A stretch of DNA of 64,000 nt from Candidatus Kapaibacterium sp. GTDB lineage: Bacteria; Bacteroidota; Ignavibacteria; Kapaibacteriales; JAEUSM01. Positions 9,368-19,524 of the stretch are shown piece after piece; position 1 is the stretch's first letter, and the number at the start of each line of letters is the position of its first letter. The DNA lies in the NCBI GenBank assembly GCA_016788785.1, contig JAEUSM010000017.1, positions 317,670 to 381,669 of the forward strand, in the 5' to 3' direction. Position numbers and translations under genes: made by a program. The notes beneath the pieces are model-generated. The model saw only the letters and a program-made list of their open reading frames with translations. It was not told the origin of the DNA and did no database searches.

Positions 9368-10441
9368 TTATCGACGTAAAGAAATGGTAAATGTCGTTCC
9401 AATTCCATGAATAGAATTGACTGAAATGGATGCTTTATGGGCTTCTATAATGTGTTTTACAATGGCTAATCCAAGTCCTGAACCTCCCACACTGCGTGAC
9501 CGGTCTTTGTCTACACGGTAGAATCGTTCGAAAATTCTGTCGATGTGTTCTTGAGGGATACCAATGCCAGTATCTTCGATTTTAACATTGATAGTAGTGT
9601 TTTCTACTCGGGTAGTTATAGTTACAGAACCATTAGGTTTGTTATACTTAATGGCGTTTTCTAACAAATTTGTAAGAACCTGTGAAAATCGTTCTTTGTC
9701 AATGAGAGCATCTAAGGGTTCAGAAAACGGAACAACGTGAAGAGTAACATCGTTAGTTTCTGCCATTCCACTCAATGAATTAGTCAGTTCAGATATAACT
9801 TCATTCAAATCATAATACCGTAAACTTAATTTCATTTCCCCAGATTCGATACGAGAAATGTCAATCAAATCAGAAAGTAAGGTGCTGAGACGTTCTGCAT
9901 TGACAAATGCACGTTCCACGAACTGATGACGAACAGTTTCGTCATCCAAAGCACCATCAAGCAATGTTTCCAAATATCCTTGAATAGCAAAAATAGGAGT
10001 TCGTAATTCGTGAGAGACATTACCTAAAAATTCGGAACGAACTCGTTCTAATCGTTTCATATCCAAAATATCACTTGTTACCTTGTCTGCTAAACGATTT
10101 ATGGAATTTGCAACGGAAGAAAGCTCTTCGATGGTTGTCGATTCTTTGGACAAAATGATTCTATTTCGTGAAGCACCACCAGAAATTTCTTCTAATGTCG
10201 TGTGAATTTGATTCAAAGGTTCAGAAACTTTATCTTGGATTATATTGGTGATGTAGTAAACTACCACCCAATACAATATCAATCCTGTTGAAATAAATAT
10301 AAAGGCTGATAGATAGGAAAACCAGTCAAAATATACAAAAACACCACTCCAAATTCCTAAACAAACTACTACAACAAACCCACTAAGGAAAAGTTTTCGT
10401 TTTAAAAAAGTATGGAGTGAAATAGTAGAATGTCGGGACAT
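9368..10441 (-). CDS. Sensor histidine kinase, PhoR-like (2 TM, HAMP, HisKA, HATPase)
   Basis: EFLGNVSHELRTP H-box, NLLENAIKY, DTGIGIP, FERFYRVDK.RSR..GGSGLGLAIVKH. Confidence 0.9.
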   Translation of the reverse strand: MSRHSTISLHTFLKRKLFLSGFVVVVCLGIWSGVFVYFDWFSYLSAFIFISTGLILYWVVVYYITNIIQDKVSEPLNQIHTTLEEISGGASRNRIILSKESTTIEELSSVANSINRLADKVTSDILDMKRLERVRSEFLGNVSHELRTPIFAIQGYLETLLDGALDDETVRHQFVERAFVNAERLSTLLSDLIDISRIESGEMKLSLRYYDLNEVISELTNSLSGMAETNDVTLHVVPFSEPLDALIDKERFSQVLTNLLENAIKYNKPNGSVTITTRVENTTINVKIEDTGIGIPQEHIDRIFERFYRVDKDRSRSVGGSGLGLAIVKHIIEAHKASISVNSIHGIGTTFTISLRR

Positions 10442-10442
10442 C

Positions 10443-11144
10443 TTATTCGTTTTCTTTGTAACGGTATCCTACGCCTTTTACCGTTTCAATAAAATGTGCG
10501 TATTCACCTAATTTTTCACGAATTTTGGAAATATGAACATCAACAGTTCTATCAATTACGTACACACTCTCGCCCCATATTTTTTGAAGCAACAATTCAC
10601 GTGAGAAAATTTTACCCCTGTTAACGGCTAAAAATGCTAATAGTTCAAATTCTTTTTTTGGAAAAAACGATTCAATACCATCCACTTTAATTGTGTAGTT
10701 TAATCTGTTAATTTCCAAATGTCCCAAATTCATGATCTCAGGGACAGCGATTGTTTCGGTTTTGATTTTTTCGGTGTTTCGACGAAGAATATTTTTGATG
10801 CGAGCTATCAAAACACGTGGACTGATTGGTTTTTGAATATAATCATCAGCACCTAATTCTAAACCAACTATTTGATCTATTTCACCAGCTTTGGCTGTAA
10901 GAAAAATAATTGCTGTATTGGAAGTTGTAGGGTTCTTCTTTAAAGATTTACAAACCTCTAATCCGTCCATTTCAGGCATCATGATATCCAAGACAATTAA
11001 GTCTGGATTTGATTCAGAGGCAATATCAACTGCTTGTTGCCCATTCGTAGCCGATAAAACTGCGAACCCTTCTTTGCGAAGATTGTAGGAAAGTAGGTCA
11101 ATAATGTCTTGTTCGTCGTCAACAACGAGTATAGTTTTTTGCAT
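10443..11144 (-). CDS. OmpR-family response regulator, PhoB/PhoP-like
   Basis: ILVVDDE, LDIMMPEMDG, FLTAK, GADDYIQKP, winged helix RTVDVHISKIREKL..IETVKGVGY; ATG at 11144 preferred over ORF-track 11171. Confidence 0.92.
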   Translation of the reverse strand: MQKTILVVDDEQDIIDLLSYNLRKEGFAVLSATNGQQAVDIASESNPDLIVLDIMMPEMDGLEVCKSLKKNPTTSNTAIIFLTAKAGEIDQIVGLELGADDYIQKPISPRVLIARIKNILRRNTEKIKTETIAVPEIMNLGHLEINRLNYTIKVDGIESFFPKKEFELLAFLAVNRGKIFSRELLLQKIWGESVYVIDRTVDVHISKIREKLGEYAHFIETVKGVGYRYKENE

Positions 11145-11227
11145 AAAAAATTGGTAATTTTCAACAATCACCTACAAAAGTACGACGTTTGGAAACGAAA
11201 AACATATAAAATATACGTAACAATGGG

Positions 11228-11809
11228 TTACGAATGTAGCTTAAGAATGATTTCGGCAAGTCGTTTGCCTATCATTTTAGCACGAGTCAACTGTTGTTCA
11301 TTTACTAAAATTCCTTCTTCGTTGAATGCCTTTGAAGAAAAAGGAACGACAAACTGTTCTGGCATGACCATAACTTGAATATTTGCCAAAATTGACCGAA
11401 GATGCTCCAATCCTCGAATGCCACCCATTGAGCCTGGTGAAGTAGAAAGTAACCCTGCAACTTTTCCGCGAAAAACATCATACGGTCGTTCATCACCCTC
11501 AGGTATTGTTGCCCAATCTAAGGCGTTTTTGAGTATTCCTGAAAGAGAGTTGTTAAATTCAGGAGAGGCGATAAGTAAACCTTGATGTTCTTGCAACGCT
11601 GTTTTAAATAGCCGAGCATTTTGATCGAAGTAATGTTGATCGGCAAAATCTCCATCATAAATCGCCATTGGGTGATCTTTAAAATCAAAGAATGAAACCT
11701 CAACGCCTGATTCTTGGGCACCTTGAGCTGCTATTTTTACTAACATTTTGTTGTAAGAATTTGTCCTACCCGATCCCGCAAAAGCGAGAATTTTTGGTGT
11801 AGTTGTCAT
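11228..11809 (-). CDS. NADPH-dependent FMN reductase (flavodoxin-like)
   Basis: AFAGSGRTNSYN, SPEFNNSLSGILKNALDW, STSPGSMGGIRGLEHLR. Confidence 0.88.
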   Translation of the reverse strand: MTTTPKILAFAGSGRTNSYNKMLVKIAAQGAQESGVEVSFFDFKDHPMAIYDGDFADQHYFDQNARLFKTALQEHQGLLIASPEFNNSLSGILKNALDWATIPEGDERPYDVFRGKVAGLLSTSPGSMGGIRGLEHLRSILANIQVMVMPEQFVVPFSSKAFNEEGILVNEQQLTRAKMIGKRLAEIILKLHS

Positions 11810-11820
11810 TAGTTTTAGGT

Positions 11821-13251
11821 TTAAAGAATTGGTTTTCTTCTTGTTTCTAAATTAGAACGAGAAAATGAAGCTACAGCTCCAATAGAATGTTGAATGGAAA
11901 GTGGTACTTCGTTCTTCCAGTTGTTTTGAACATAGTATGTAGTACATAGTCCTTTTTTAAAATCATCAGATTGAAGAATAATCTGACAAAATGGAATAGT
12001 CGTTTTTACACCAACCAAATGATATTGCTGTAAGGCTTTGAGAGCAGTTTCAATAGCTTTTTCACGGTTTTCACCCCAAACTATAAGCTTTCCTACCATT
12101 GGGTCGTAGTGAACGGTAATCTCGTATCCAATATAGACACCAGTATCATTTCTGACAAATTCTCCAGTAGGAAGTTGCAAATCTGTGATAATACCAGTAT
12201 CTGGTAAAAAATTGTTAAAAACATCTTCGGCACAAACCCTACATTCAATAGCATGACCTTTTGGAATAGAGGCTTCTTCAACCGAAAATGGAAGAGCTTC
12301 ACCATTTGCAATTCTGATTTGCCATTCTACCAAGTCTAAGCCTGTGACCATTTCCGTTACCGGATGCTCTACTTGCAAACGAGTATTTACTTCCATAAAG
12401 TAAAACCCTTTGTTGTCAAGTAAAAACTCTAATGTACCGGCATTTGTATAACCAGAATTTTTGATTAATCGACGAACTGCTGCCCCAAGCTCTGCACGAG
12501 TTTCAGGAGAAACAGCCATTGAAGGTGATTCTTCAATTACTTTTTGATTTCGACGTTGAATAGAACACTCTCTTTCTGGGAAAGCAAGAACATTTCCATG
12601 TGAATCAGCTAAAATTTGAAATTCTATATGACGAGGATTAACTATCAGTCGTTCAACAAAAACTCTATCATCATTGAAACTTGTTAAGGCTTCACGTTGA
12701 GCAGAAAAAAACATTGGCTCCAAATCTTCCATTGTATGAACTGCACGCATCCCTTTTCCACCACCACCAGATGCAGCTTTTATCATTATTGGTAAACCAA
12801 TGGAGTCTACTATTAAGTGTAATTCTTCCAACGAAGAAATTGCCCCATCAGAACCAGGAGATACAGGAACACCACATTTTTTAGCCAAATCTTTTGCAGC
12901 GGTTTTATCGCCTAATAGTAATATTGCCTCTGGAGATGGACCAACGAAAATAAGTCCTTCATCTTGAACTCGTCTAGAAAACTCTGCATTTTCCGATAAA
13001 AACCCATATCCTGGATGAATAGCATCTGCATTGCTTTTTTTGGCAGCATCAATAATTTTATCCATGATAAGATAACTTTCCCGAGGAGTGTAACCTCCTA
13101 TGGGAACTGCAAAGGTAGCTTCTTTGGTATGCAAACTTTCTGTATCAGCTTCGGAATAAATGGCAACAGTTTCAATGCCCATTTTTTTGCAAGTTTTGAT
13201 AATTCGAAGTGCTATTTCACCTCTATTAGCAATAAGTAGACGTTGTATCAT
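11821..13251 (-). CDS. accC: Biotin carboxylase subunit of acetyl/propionyl-CoA carboxylase
   Basis: LLIANRGEIALRII, IHPGYGFLSEN, KAASGGGGKGMR, ERECSIQRRNQK, EVNTRLQVEHPVTE; no fused biotin-carrier domain; start 13251 preferred (ORF track 13284). Confidence 0.9.
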   Translation of the reverse strand: MIQRLLIANRGEIALRIIKTCKKMGIETVAIYSEADTESLHTKEATFAVPIGGYTPRESYLIMDKIIDAAKKSNADAIHPGYGFLSENAEFSRRVQDEGLIFVGPSPEAILLLGDKTAAKDLAKKCGVPVSPGSDGAISSLEELHLIVDSIGLPIMIKAASGGGGKGMRAVHTMEDLEPMFFSAQREALTSFNDDRVFVERLIVNPRHIEFQILADSHGNVLAFPERECSIQRRNQKVIEESPSMAVSPETRAELGAAVRRLIKNSGYTNAGTLEFLLDNKGFYFMEVNTRLQVEHPVTEMVTGLDLVEWQIRIANGEALPFSVEEASIPKGHAIECRVCAEDVFNNFLPDTGIITDLQLPTGEFVRNDTGVYIGYEITVHYDPMVGKLIVWGENREKAIETALKALQQYHLVGVKTTIPFCQIILQSDDFKKGLCTTYYVQNNWKNEVPLSIQHSIGAVASFSRSNLETRRKPIL

Positions 13252-13319
13252 AATAGGAGATTTGTTGATGAACATAAATGCCAACGAACGTAAGACGTAT
13301 AATAAACGTTATGTTGTGA

Positions 13320-15314
13320 TTAAGCCATAGGAATTTGAATGATAAAATGAGCACCATCTGTATAGTTATTGTCAAGTTCTATAGTGCCACCCATTTCTTC
13401 AATTAGTCTTTTGGTAATAGACAGACCTAAACCAGTTGAATTTTCTCCTCCAGTAGGTCTTGCTGTAAGACGTGTATATTTTTTGAAAAGATTAGCCTTA
13501 TCATCATTAGTAAATCCGGGTCCTTCATCTTTAACCGAAAAGATAATTATGGTCTCATTTCTATCTAAGGAAATGTAGACTGTTTTTCCAATTGGGGAAT
13601 ATTTAATAGCATTTGAAATTACATTTGAAACGACATCTTTTGTTCTATTTTTGTCAGTGAGAATTTGAGCATGACTTACTAATTTTTCAAAAACTATCGT
13701 AATATTCTTTTTGTTCGCATGTTCTTGAAATAATTGAATCACTTCTTCAATAATCATGACAAAATTGAAAGAGGATTTTACTAACGTCATCTTGCCAGTT
13801 TCCAAGGCATTTTGGTCTAATAAATTGATTATAACTTCTAACATATGGTCAGAGGATTTTTTAATCACTTGAGTCGTTCGCAAAATTTTATCCGATGACA
13901 TTGCTGTAAAATAGTTCAAAATGTTTGAAGAATTTATGGAAATTGACCCAGCAATATTTTTCAAATCATGAGCAACTATTCCTAATAGCTCGTTTTTCTC
14001 TTCGTTGAGATTGAGTAGTTTTTGGTTAGCAGATTCTAATTCAACATTCGTTTTTGAAGCAAGATGTTGTTGAATTTCAATTTCTTCGTATGCTGCTAAA
14101 AGGGATTCATTTTTTTCTTTGACTTCTTCTAAGGCATCAGCAAGTTCTTTGTTTTCTTTTGTTAAAAATTCTTTTTCTTGTTCAAACTTTTCAATTTGTA
14201 GCAATTGCTCCATTACAGAGATAATACGTTCTTTTTCTTGCGAAAGTACAATTTCTTTTACTGCAAATGCACGTTCTAACATTTCTATCGACGCTTGATA
14301 GGATTGGACTTTCTTTAATGATTTAGAACATTCTAAACAAATGGACACTTCATGAGAATTTGAGCCAATTTCTTTTAAGATAGTTAGAGCTTGTGTAAAA
14401 AGCTCGATAGCAATTTCATATTCATTGAGGGCGTTGTGAACTTTTCCTAATTCAAAGAGTGTGGCAACTTCTCGCTCTTTTGAGCCTGACTCTCTGAATA
14501 TTGCTAAGGCAATATTTAGATATGACAAGGCAGTTGTCAAATCACGTAATTCACTATAGACAATCCCAGTTTCAGAAATTAATGATGCAAATAAATGTTT
14601 ATCACCAAATCCTTTGATATTTTCAATTGCTTCTGCAAGTAACTCTAAGGCAAGATGAAATTGTCGTTTTTTTATCTGAATTGCTGCAAAATTTTTAAGT
14701 GTTGTTGCTAACTCATGTTGATTTTGAGCAGATCGGTAAAAATCAATTGAACCAAGTAAATAGTTTGTTGCAATATCAAAATGGCCAAGATTAGTATAAA
14801 GACTTCCTAAAAATCGATTGGTTGTAGCAAGACCGTTTTCATCTTGAAGTTCTTGATAAATTGCTTGGGAACGAAGTAAATACTTTAAAGAGATATCATA
14901 CTGAGATATACCTGAATAGATATTCCCAATAGTTTGAGTAATGACTGCTAATGCGGATTGATTTTTTTGATCTTCTGCTAAAGACAGAGCTTGTAACGAA
15001 TAATCCAATGAAAGCGAAAAATCGCTCATTCTCAAATACAGTTGAGCAATAGAAATAAGTGCTAAAATTTCTTTGTCAACTTTGTTCAGCTCTCGAAACA
15101 ATTGCAGTGAATTTTTTGCATAACCTAACCCTTCCTCATATCGAGATATAGAGAGATTGGCTATGCTCAAGACATAGTAGCTATCTGCTTTGTCAATAGT
15201 AGACCCTTCGATTTCAGCATATTTTCTTGCAGAAAAGGCTAAAGTTATAGCTTCCAAAGGTTTTTGGAGAACTATTGTCCCTGCTTGAGTATTTAATTGA
15301 TTGGCTCGTTCCAA
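13320..15314 (-). CDS. TPR-repeat sensor histidine kinase (cytoplasmic)
   Basis: Multiple N-terminal TPR-like helical repeats, coiled coil, H-box VAHDLKN, NVISNAIKYSP, DEGPGF, STGLGLSI. Confidence 0.85.
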   Translation of the reverse strand: MERANQLNTQAGTIVLQKPLEAITLAFSARKYAEIEGSTIDKADSYYVLSIANLSISRYEEGLGYAKNSLQLFRELNKVDKEILALISIAQLYLRMSDFSLSLDYSLQALSLAEDQKNQSALAVITQTIGNIYSGISQYDISLKYLLRSQAIYQELQDENGLATTNRFLGSLYTNLGHFDIATNYLLGSIDFYRSAQNQHELATTLKNFAAIQIKKRQFHLALELLAEAIENIKGFGDKHLFASLISETGIVYSELRDLTTALSYLNIALAIFRESGSKEREVATLFELGKVHNALNEYEIAIELFTQALTILKEIGSNSHEVSICLECSKSLKKVQSYQASIEMLERAFAVKEIVLSQEKERIISVMEQLLQIEKFEQEKEFLTKENKELADALEEVKEKNESLLAAYEEIEIQQHLASKTNVELESANQKLLNLNEEKNELLGIVAHDLKNIAGSISINSSNILNYFTAMSSDKILRTTQVIKKSSDHMLEVIINLLDQNALETGKMTLVKSSFNFVMIIEEVIQLFQEHANKKNITIVFEKLVSHAQILTDKNRTKDVVSNVISNAIKYSPIGKTVYISLDRNETIIIFSVKDEGPGFTNDDKANLFKKYTRLTARPTGGENSTGLGLSITKRLIEEMGGTIELDNNYTDGAHFIIQIPMA

Positions 15315-15459
15315 AATAGATGTATCGACTTAAACGTACTTATAAATAATGCTTTGAACAATGGTATACGAATGTTTCTTCGGCAACTTGTTTTTTTACA
15401 ATGCAGAGGTATAATAATTGTGCCAATGTCTGCTTTTCGCAACAAAATCAGTATTTATA

Positions 15460-16707
15460 ATGAGATTATTACAGTTTTTGATTGTCATAGTACTGTTACT
15501 GAGTAATAGTTTGTACTCACAACAACGATGTTCAGACGTAGAATTACTTCCTGGTGATGATAATTTACTTGAATATGGATTAGATTCAACATCACATTGG
15601 TGGGCAATCACGAGTCCATTTTCCGATAGATATCGTTTGTATGTTGATGGAAAAAAGCACGGTGACTTTCTCAATGTATCAAAACCAATTTTTTCTCATT
15701 ATGAGGGAAAACAATGGGGAGCATTTGTTCAACAAAATGATGGTTTATGGGACATGATAATAAATGATTCTTTGTATAAATTAGAATCTATGAAACCAAC
15801 GGAAATTGCATTTTCAACAAATAGTACTGCTTTTGCTTTTAGTAGTATGAAATCAAATTTTGAAGAAGTATATTTTGGTAACAAACTTTATGAAGTCATA
15901 AATAGAGTTTCTCGATTAGTTGTTAGCCCTGAAGGAAGAAGATTGGCGTATGTAATGCAACAAGGAAACTTGCAAACGTTGTATGTAAATGGGAATGAAG
16001 TGGAAACATTTCCAGAAATATCTGTCATAGGCTTTTTCTATGATGGTTCCATCATTTATACTGCACGTCAAGGAAACCAATGGAATGTGTACAAAAATGA
16101 TGAACAGATTTCTATCACTTACCAATCGATATCCAACGCAACAATGAACAGATTTGGTACTACTGTTGCTGTTTCAGCGCAACAACTGAATAATCAGGCA
16201 GTAATATGGTTGTTTAGTGAAGAATACAACCAACCAATACTTTCGCAACCATTTGATGGAATTACATCATTGACGCTACACCCTTCAAAAGCTGTTGTGA
16301 TGGCAGAATGTAGACGAAATGACCAAAGAATCGTAACAATACAATTTACAGAAATGGGTGGAGGATTGTCAAATTCAAAACCAACATTTACCGTGGGAGG
16401 AGAACAATATTACTTTCTAACCTGTGAAAATATTTGTTCGATGGTAATAGATGGAGTACGAAGGATATTAAACAATAGAATAGAATTTCATCAAAATTTT
16501 TCAACTGCTGTTAAACCTAATGGAAAGACTTTTTCCATTTCATCATCGAGTTCGTTAGTTGTACGATACATCGAAAAAGATGAACTGTATTCAGGAATGA
16601 TTCTTAATAATATGACGCCACCACGATACAATTGGAGGACAGACAGATATGAAGCACTTGGTTCTATTCAACAACGTTTGTATTTGTTGTCCTGTAAACC
16701 AGAATAG
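15460..16707 (+). CDS. Exported protein with repeated beta-hairpin blades (TolB/WD40-like propeller), function unknown
   Basis: Signal peptide MRLLQFLIVIVLLLSNSLYSQ; repeats such as VSPEGRRLAYV..LYVNG and IIYTARQGNQWNVYKND. Confidence 0.6.
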   Translation: MRLLQFLIVIVLLLSNSLYSQQRCSDVELLPGDDNLLEYGLDSTSHWWAITSPFSDRYRLYVDGKKHGDFLNVSKPIFSHYEGKQWGAFVQQNDGLWDMIINDSLYKLESMKPTEIAFSTNSTAFAFSSMKSNFEEVYFGNKLYEVINRVSRLVVSPEGRRLAYVMQQGNLQTLYVNGNEVETFPEISVIGFFYDGSIIYTARQGNQWNVYKNDEQISITYQSISNATMNRFGTTVAVSAQQLNNQAVIWLFSEEYNQPILSQPFDGITSLTLHPSKAVVMAECRRNDQRIVTIQFTEMGGGLSNSKPTFTVGGEQYYFLTCENICSMVIDGVRRILNNRIEFHQNFSTAVKPNGKTFSISSSSSLVVRYIEKDELYSGMILNNMTPPRYNWRTDRYEALGSIQQRLYLLSCKPE

Positions 16708-16784
16708 CCTCCCATAGAACACATTACTATATAGAAACATACCAAAGAAAAATCCAAAGTAGTATAAAAATCACAAAAATTTCG

Positions 16785-16792
16785 TATTTTTG
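16785..16792 (+). promoter_or_regulatory. Bacteroidetes-type -7 promoter box for sucD-ndk
   Basis: TATTTTTG (TAnnTTTG) ~50 nt upstream of the sucD ATG. Confidence 0.55.
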
Positions 16793-16844
16793 TATTCTAT
16801 GGCTACAAAACTATAGAAATTAATCACTTTGAAGCGTTGAAAAA

Positions 16845-17837
16845 ATGAGTGTACTTGTAAATAAGAATACGAAAGTCCTTGTTCAAGGAATTACTGGTTC
16901 GGAAGGAACATTCCACACATCTCAAATGTTGGAATATGGAACAAATGTAGTAGGTGGAGTTACTCCCGGAAAAGGTGGAACAGAATACTCTGGTAAAAAT
17001 GATGATTTATTCATTCGTCCAGTTCCTGTTTTTAATACAGTTCGTGATGCAGTAACTGCAACAGGTGCTGATGCTACAGTAATTTTTGTTCCTGCGAAAT
17101 TTGCTGCGGATGCTATTTTAGAGGCAATTGATGCGAATATAGGACTGATTGTCTGTATCACAGAAGGAATTCCTGTAAAAGATATGAGTGTCGTTTATGC
17201 TGCACTTTCAAAATCATCTTCAAGATTAGTTGGACCAAACTGTCCAGGTGTTATTACTCCAGGTGAATGTAAAATTGGTATTATGCCTGGATTTATACAT
17301 ACACCGGGAACAATAGGATTGGTTTCTCGTAGTGGAACACTAACCTATGAAGCTGTAAAACAACTTTCAGACGTTGGTTTAGGTCAATCAACATGTATAG
17401 GTATTGGTGGCGATCCAATCATTGGAACAAGATTTATCGATGCAATTAAATTATTCAACGAAGATCCAAAGACTGAAGCAATCATTATGATTGGTGAAAT
17501 TGGTGGAACTGCAGAAGAAGAAGCTGCTGAATATATTGGTAAATATGTAAAAAAACCAGTTGTTGGTTTCATTGCAGGTCGTACTGCACCTCCAGGTAGA
17601 AGAATGGGTCATGCAGGTGCGATTATTTCTGGTGGAAAAGGAACTGCAGAAGATAAAACCAAAGCTATGGAAGCTGCAGGAATTTTAGTTGCTCCATCAC
17701 CAGCAGAACTTGGTTCGACTGTTGTGAAAGCATTGAAAAAAACTACATCTACCACACCAACAACACAACAGACCGCTACAGCAACTGTAACAAAGGCTTT
17801 AGCTGCAAAAACGAAAAAAACGACTTCAAAAAAATAA
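16845..17837 (+). CDS. sucD: Succinyl-CoA synthetase alpha subunit with K/T/A-rich C-terminal tail
   Basis: [38 protein letters not shown], phospho-His motif RMGHAGA. Confidence 0.97.
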   Translation: MSVLVNKNTKVLVQGITGSEGTFHTSQMLEYGTNVVGGVTPGKGGTEYSGKNDDLFIRPVPVFNTVRDAVTATGADATVIFVPAKFAADAILEAIDANIGLIVCITEGIPVKDMSVVYAALSKSSSRLVGPNCPGVITPGECKIGIMPGFIHTPGTIGLVSRSGTLTYEAVKQLSDVGLGQSTCIGIGGDPIIGTRFIDAIKLFNEDPKTEAIIMIGEIGGTAEEEAAEYIGKYVKKPVVGFIAGRTAPPGRRMGHAGAIISGGKGTAEDKTKAMEAAGILVAPSPAELGSTVVKALKKTTSTTPTTQQTATATVTKALAAKTKKTTSKK

Positions 17838-17862
17838 ATTTTTTCATTAATTCGAAACAATA

Positions 17863-18288
17863 ATGTCAAATCGTACATTCGCAATTATCAAACCTGATGC
17901 AGTGAGAAAAAATGTCATCGGTGAAATCATAGCTACTATCACAAAAGCGGGATTCAAAGTTCTTGCTTTTCAAAAAATGAAATTAACTCCAGAACAAGCT
18001 GGTGCATTTTATGAAGTTCACAAAGAACGCCCTTTTTATGGCGAATTAGTTAATTTTATGTGTAGTGGACCTATTGTTCCTATTGCTTTAGAAAAAGAAA
18101 ATGCTGTTGCTGATTTCCGTGCATTGATTGGTGCTACAGATCCTGCTGAGGCAGCGGAAGGTACTATCAGAAAAATGTTTGCATCTTCAAAAGGTGAAAA
18201 TGCAATTCACGGTTCTGACTCTGATGAGAATGCAAAAAATGAGATTGCTTTTTTCTTTACAGAAAGTTCAATTATTTCATCGAAATAA
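17863..18288 (+). CDS. ndk: Nucleoside diphosphate kinase
   Basis: [35 protein letters not shown]. Confidence 0.97.
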   Translation: MSNRTFAIIKPDAVRKNVIGEIIATITKAGFKVLAFQKMKLTPEQAGAFYEVHKERPFYGELVNFMCSGPIVPIALEKENAVADFRALIGATDPAEAAEGTIRKMFASSKGENAIHGSDSDENAKNEIAFFFTESSIISSK

Positions 18289-18319
18289 ATTGATTCGAAT
18301 TTCTCATTGATGTTTAAAC

Positions 18320-18352
18320 AAAGGCTTTAGTACATTGCTAAAGCCTTTTTTG
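18320..18352 (+). terminator. Intrinsic terminator after ndk
   Basis: AAAGGCTTTAG-TACATTG-CTAAAGCCTTT followed by T tract. Confidence 0.85.
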
Positions 18353-18489
18353 TATTCCAAAAATGAGGTTTACATCGATATCTTCTTAATTTTGAGAAAT
18401 AATGAAATTCAGCATTCCTCTTTTCAATAATATATTGCAAAAACACGTCTTTGTTTTATTGTAACAAAAACAATCAATTTGTATTTCCT

Positions 18490-19524
18490 ATGGTTCAATT
18501 CTTTTTTCATTCAACAATAATTCTTTTCATACTATCGACAACGATTTTTTCCAATTCGTTGCTTTTTGCCGATGAAACTACACCAAAACCAAAAGAAAAG
18601 GTCGAATTGTTAGTAAAATATAAACCAAACTCCATTTCTAACTTTATCTACATAGATTCAACTACAGAAATAAGAACGTTTGAAGATGGTTCGACCAAAA
18701 CGTATGATTACTTCCTAAAATATTGGATAACTGTAAATTTCGCTGGTAAGGTAGAAAAAGGATTTTCTTACGTCAATTGGGTTATTGATTCCTTAGATCT
18801 AACAGTCAATGAAAATAATAAACAAAAAGTTCGATATAATACAATGGATTCCTTTCGAGAATTGATGGCTCAAAAAGATGGAAAAAATATTTCCGGTACA
18901 ACAACTACCATCAAATCTGAAGAATTGAACTATGCTATTAGTTGTACCAATAGAGACTTTCAAGTTCTCGTATCACCGTATGGTGAGGTAGCAAAATTTG
19001 AATCCGAACAATTTGATGAATTGAAGCGATACATTGTTGAAGAAGGAAAGGATTACATGGATCCCATCAGCAAATTCTATTGGCTTGATGGAATTTCAGA
19101 TAATCAACTTCGATATGTTTCTGATATACATAAAGGACTTATTCCTGGGGCGACAATAAATCCAGATTCTATGTGGAGTCGACCATATTTCTCACGAATT
19201 GGAATGATTGATGTTTCATCAGATTCGAGTAAAATAGCACTTTCATTGAATAATAACCCATACTTTGAAATTAAAGCAGAAATTGATACTCTTCGTCCTA
19301 TGTTACCAATTCAAAAACCGTTTTTCGGAATTCCGTATTTTGTAACAGTTGATTCTGGATTAGGTTCTGCACAATATAGTGTCAGTTTCCTATCTTCAGG
19401 TATTATCCGTTCTGCTGAGTGTCTTCAAAAGGCGAAATTTTATAGTACACTTAAAAACGAAAAATTTATACATTCTTTTACATCTAAACAACTATGGTTG
19501 CTTCAAAAACAACGTCAACGCTAA
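18490..19524 (+). CDS. Exported hypothetical protein, DUF6263-like; probable paralogue of the next gene
   Basis: Signal peptide, beta-rich; shares pattern L.KY.P....Y...VIDS with the downstream ORF; ATG at 18490 preferred (ORF track TTG 18451); TAATTTTG box at 18387-18394. Confidence 0.55.
   Translation: MVQFFFHSTIILFILSTTIFSNSLLFADETTPKPKEKVELLVKYKPNSISNFIYIDSTTEIRTFEDGSTKTYDYFLKYWITVNFAGKVEKGFSYVNWVIDSLDLTVNENNKQKVRYNTMDSFRELMAQKDGKNISGTTTTIKSEELNYAISCTNRDFQVLVSPYGEVAKFESEQFDELKRYIVEEGKDYMDPISKFYWLDGISDNQLRYVSDIHKGLIPGATINPDSMWSRPYFSRIGMIDVSSDSSKIALSLNNNPYFEIKAEIDTLRPMLPIQKPFFGIPYFVTVDSGLGSAQYSVSFLSSGIIRSAECLQKAKFYSTLKNEKFIHSFTSKQLWLLQKQRQR

Noticed and set aside
9368-11144. Pho regulon locus with pho boxes
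   Set aside because: No pstSCAB/phoU in the window and no convincing tandem pho-box repeats seen; the pair is called only PhoBR-like.
17609-17884. Antisense and short alternative-frame ORFs throughout the track (e.g. 17609-17884, 28922-29287, 48719-49099, 59283-59594)
   Set aside because: They lie fully within well-supported genes on another strand or frame and show no protein motifs.
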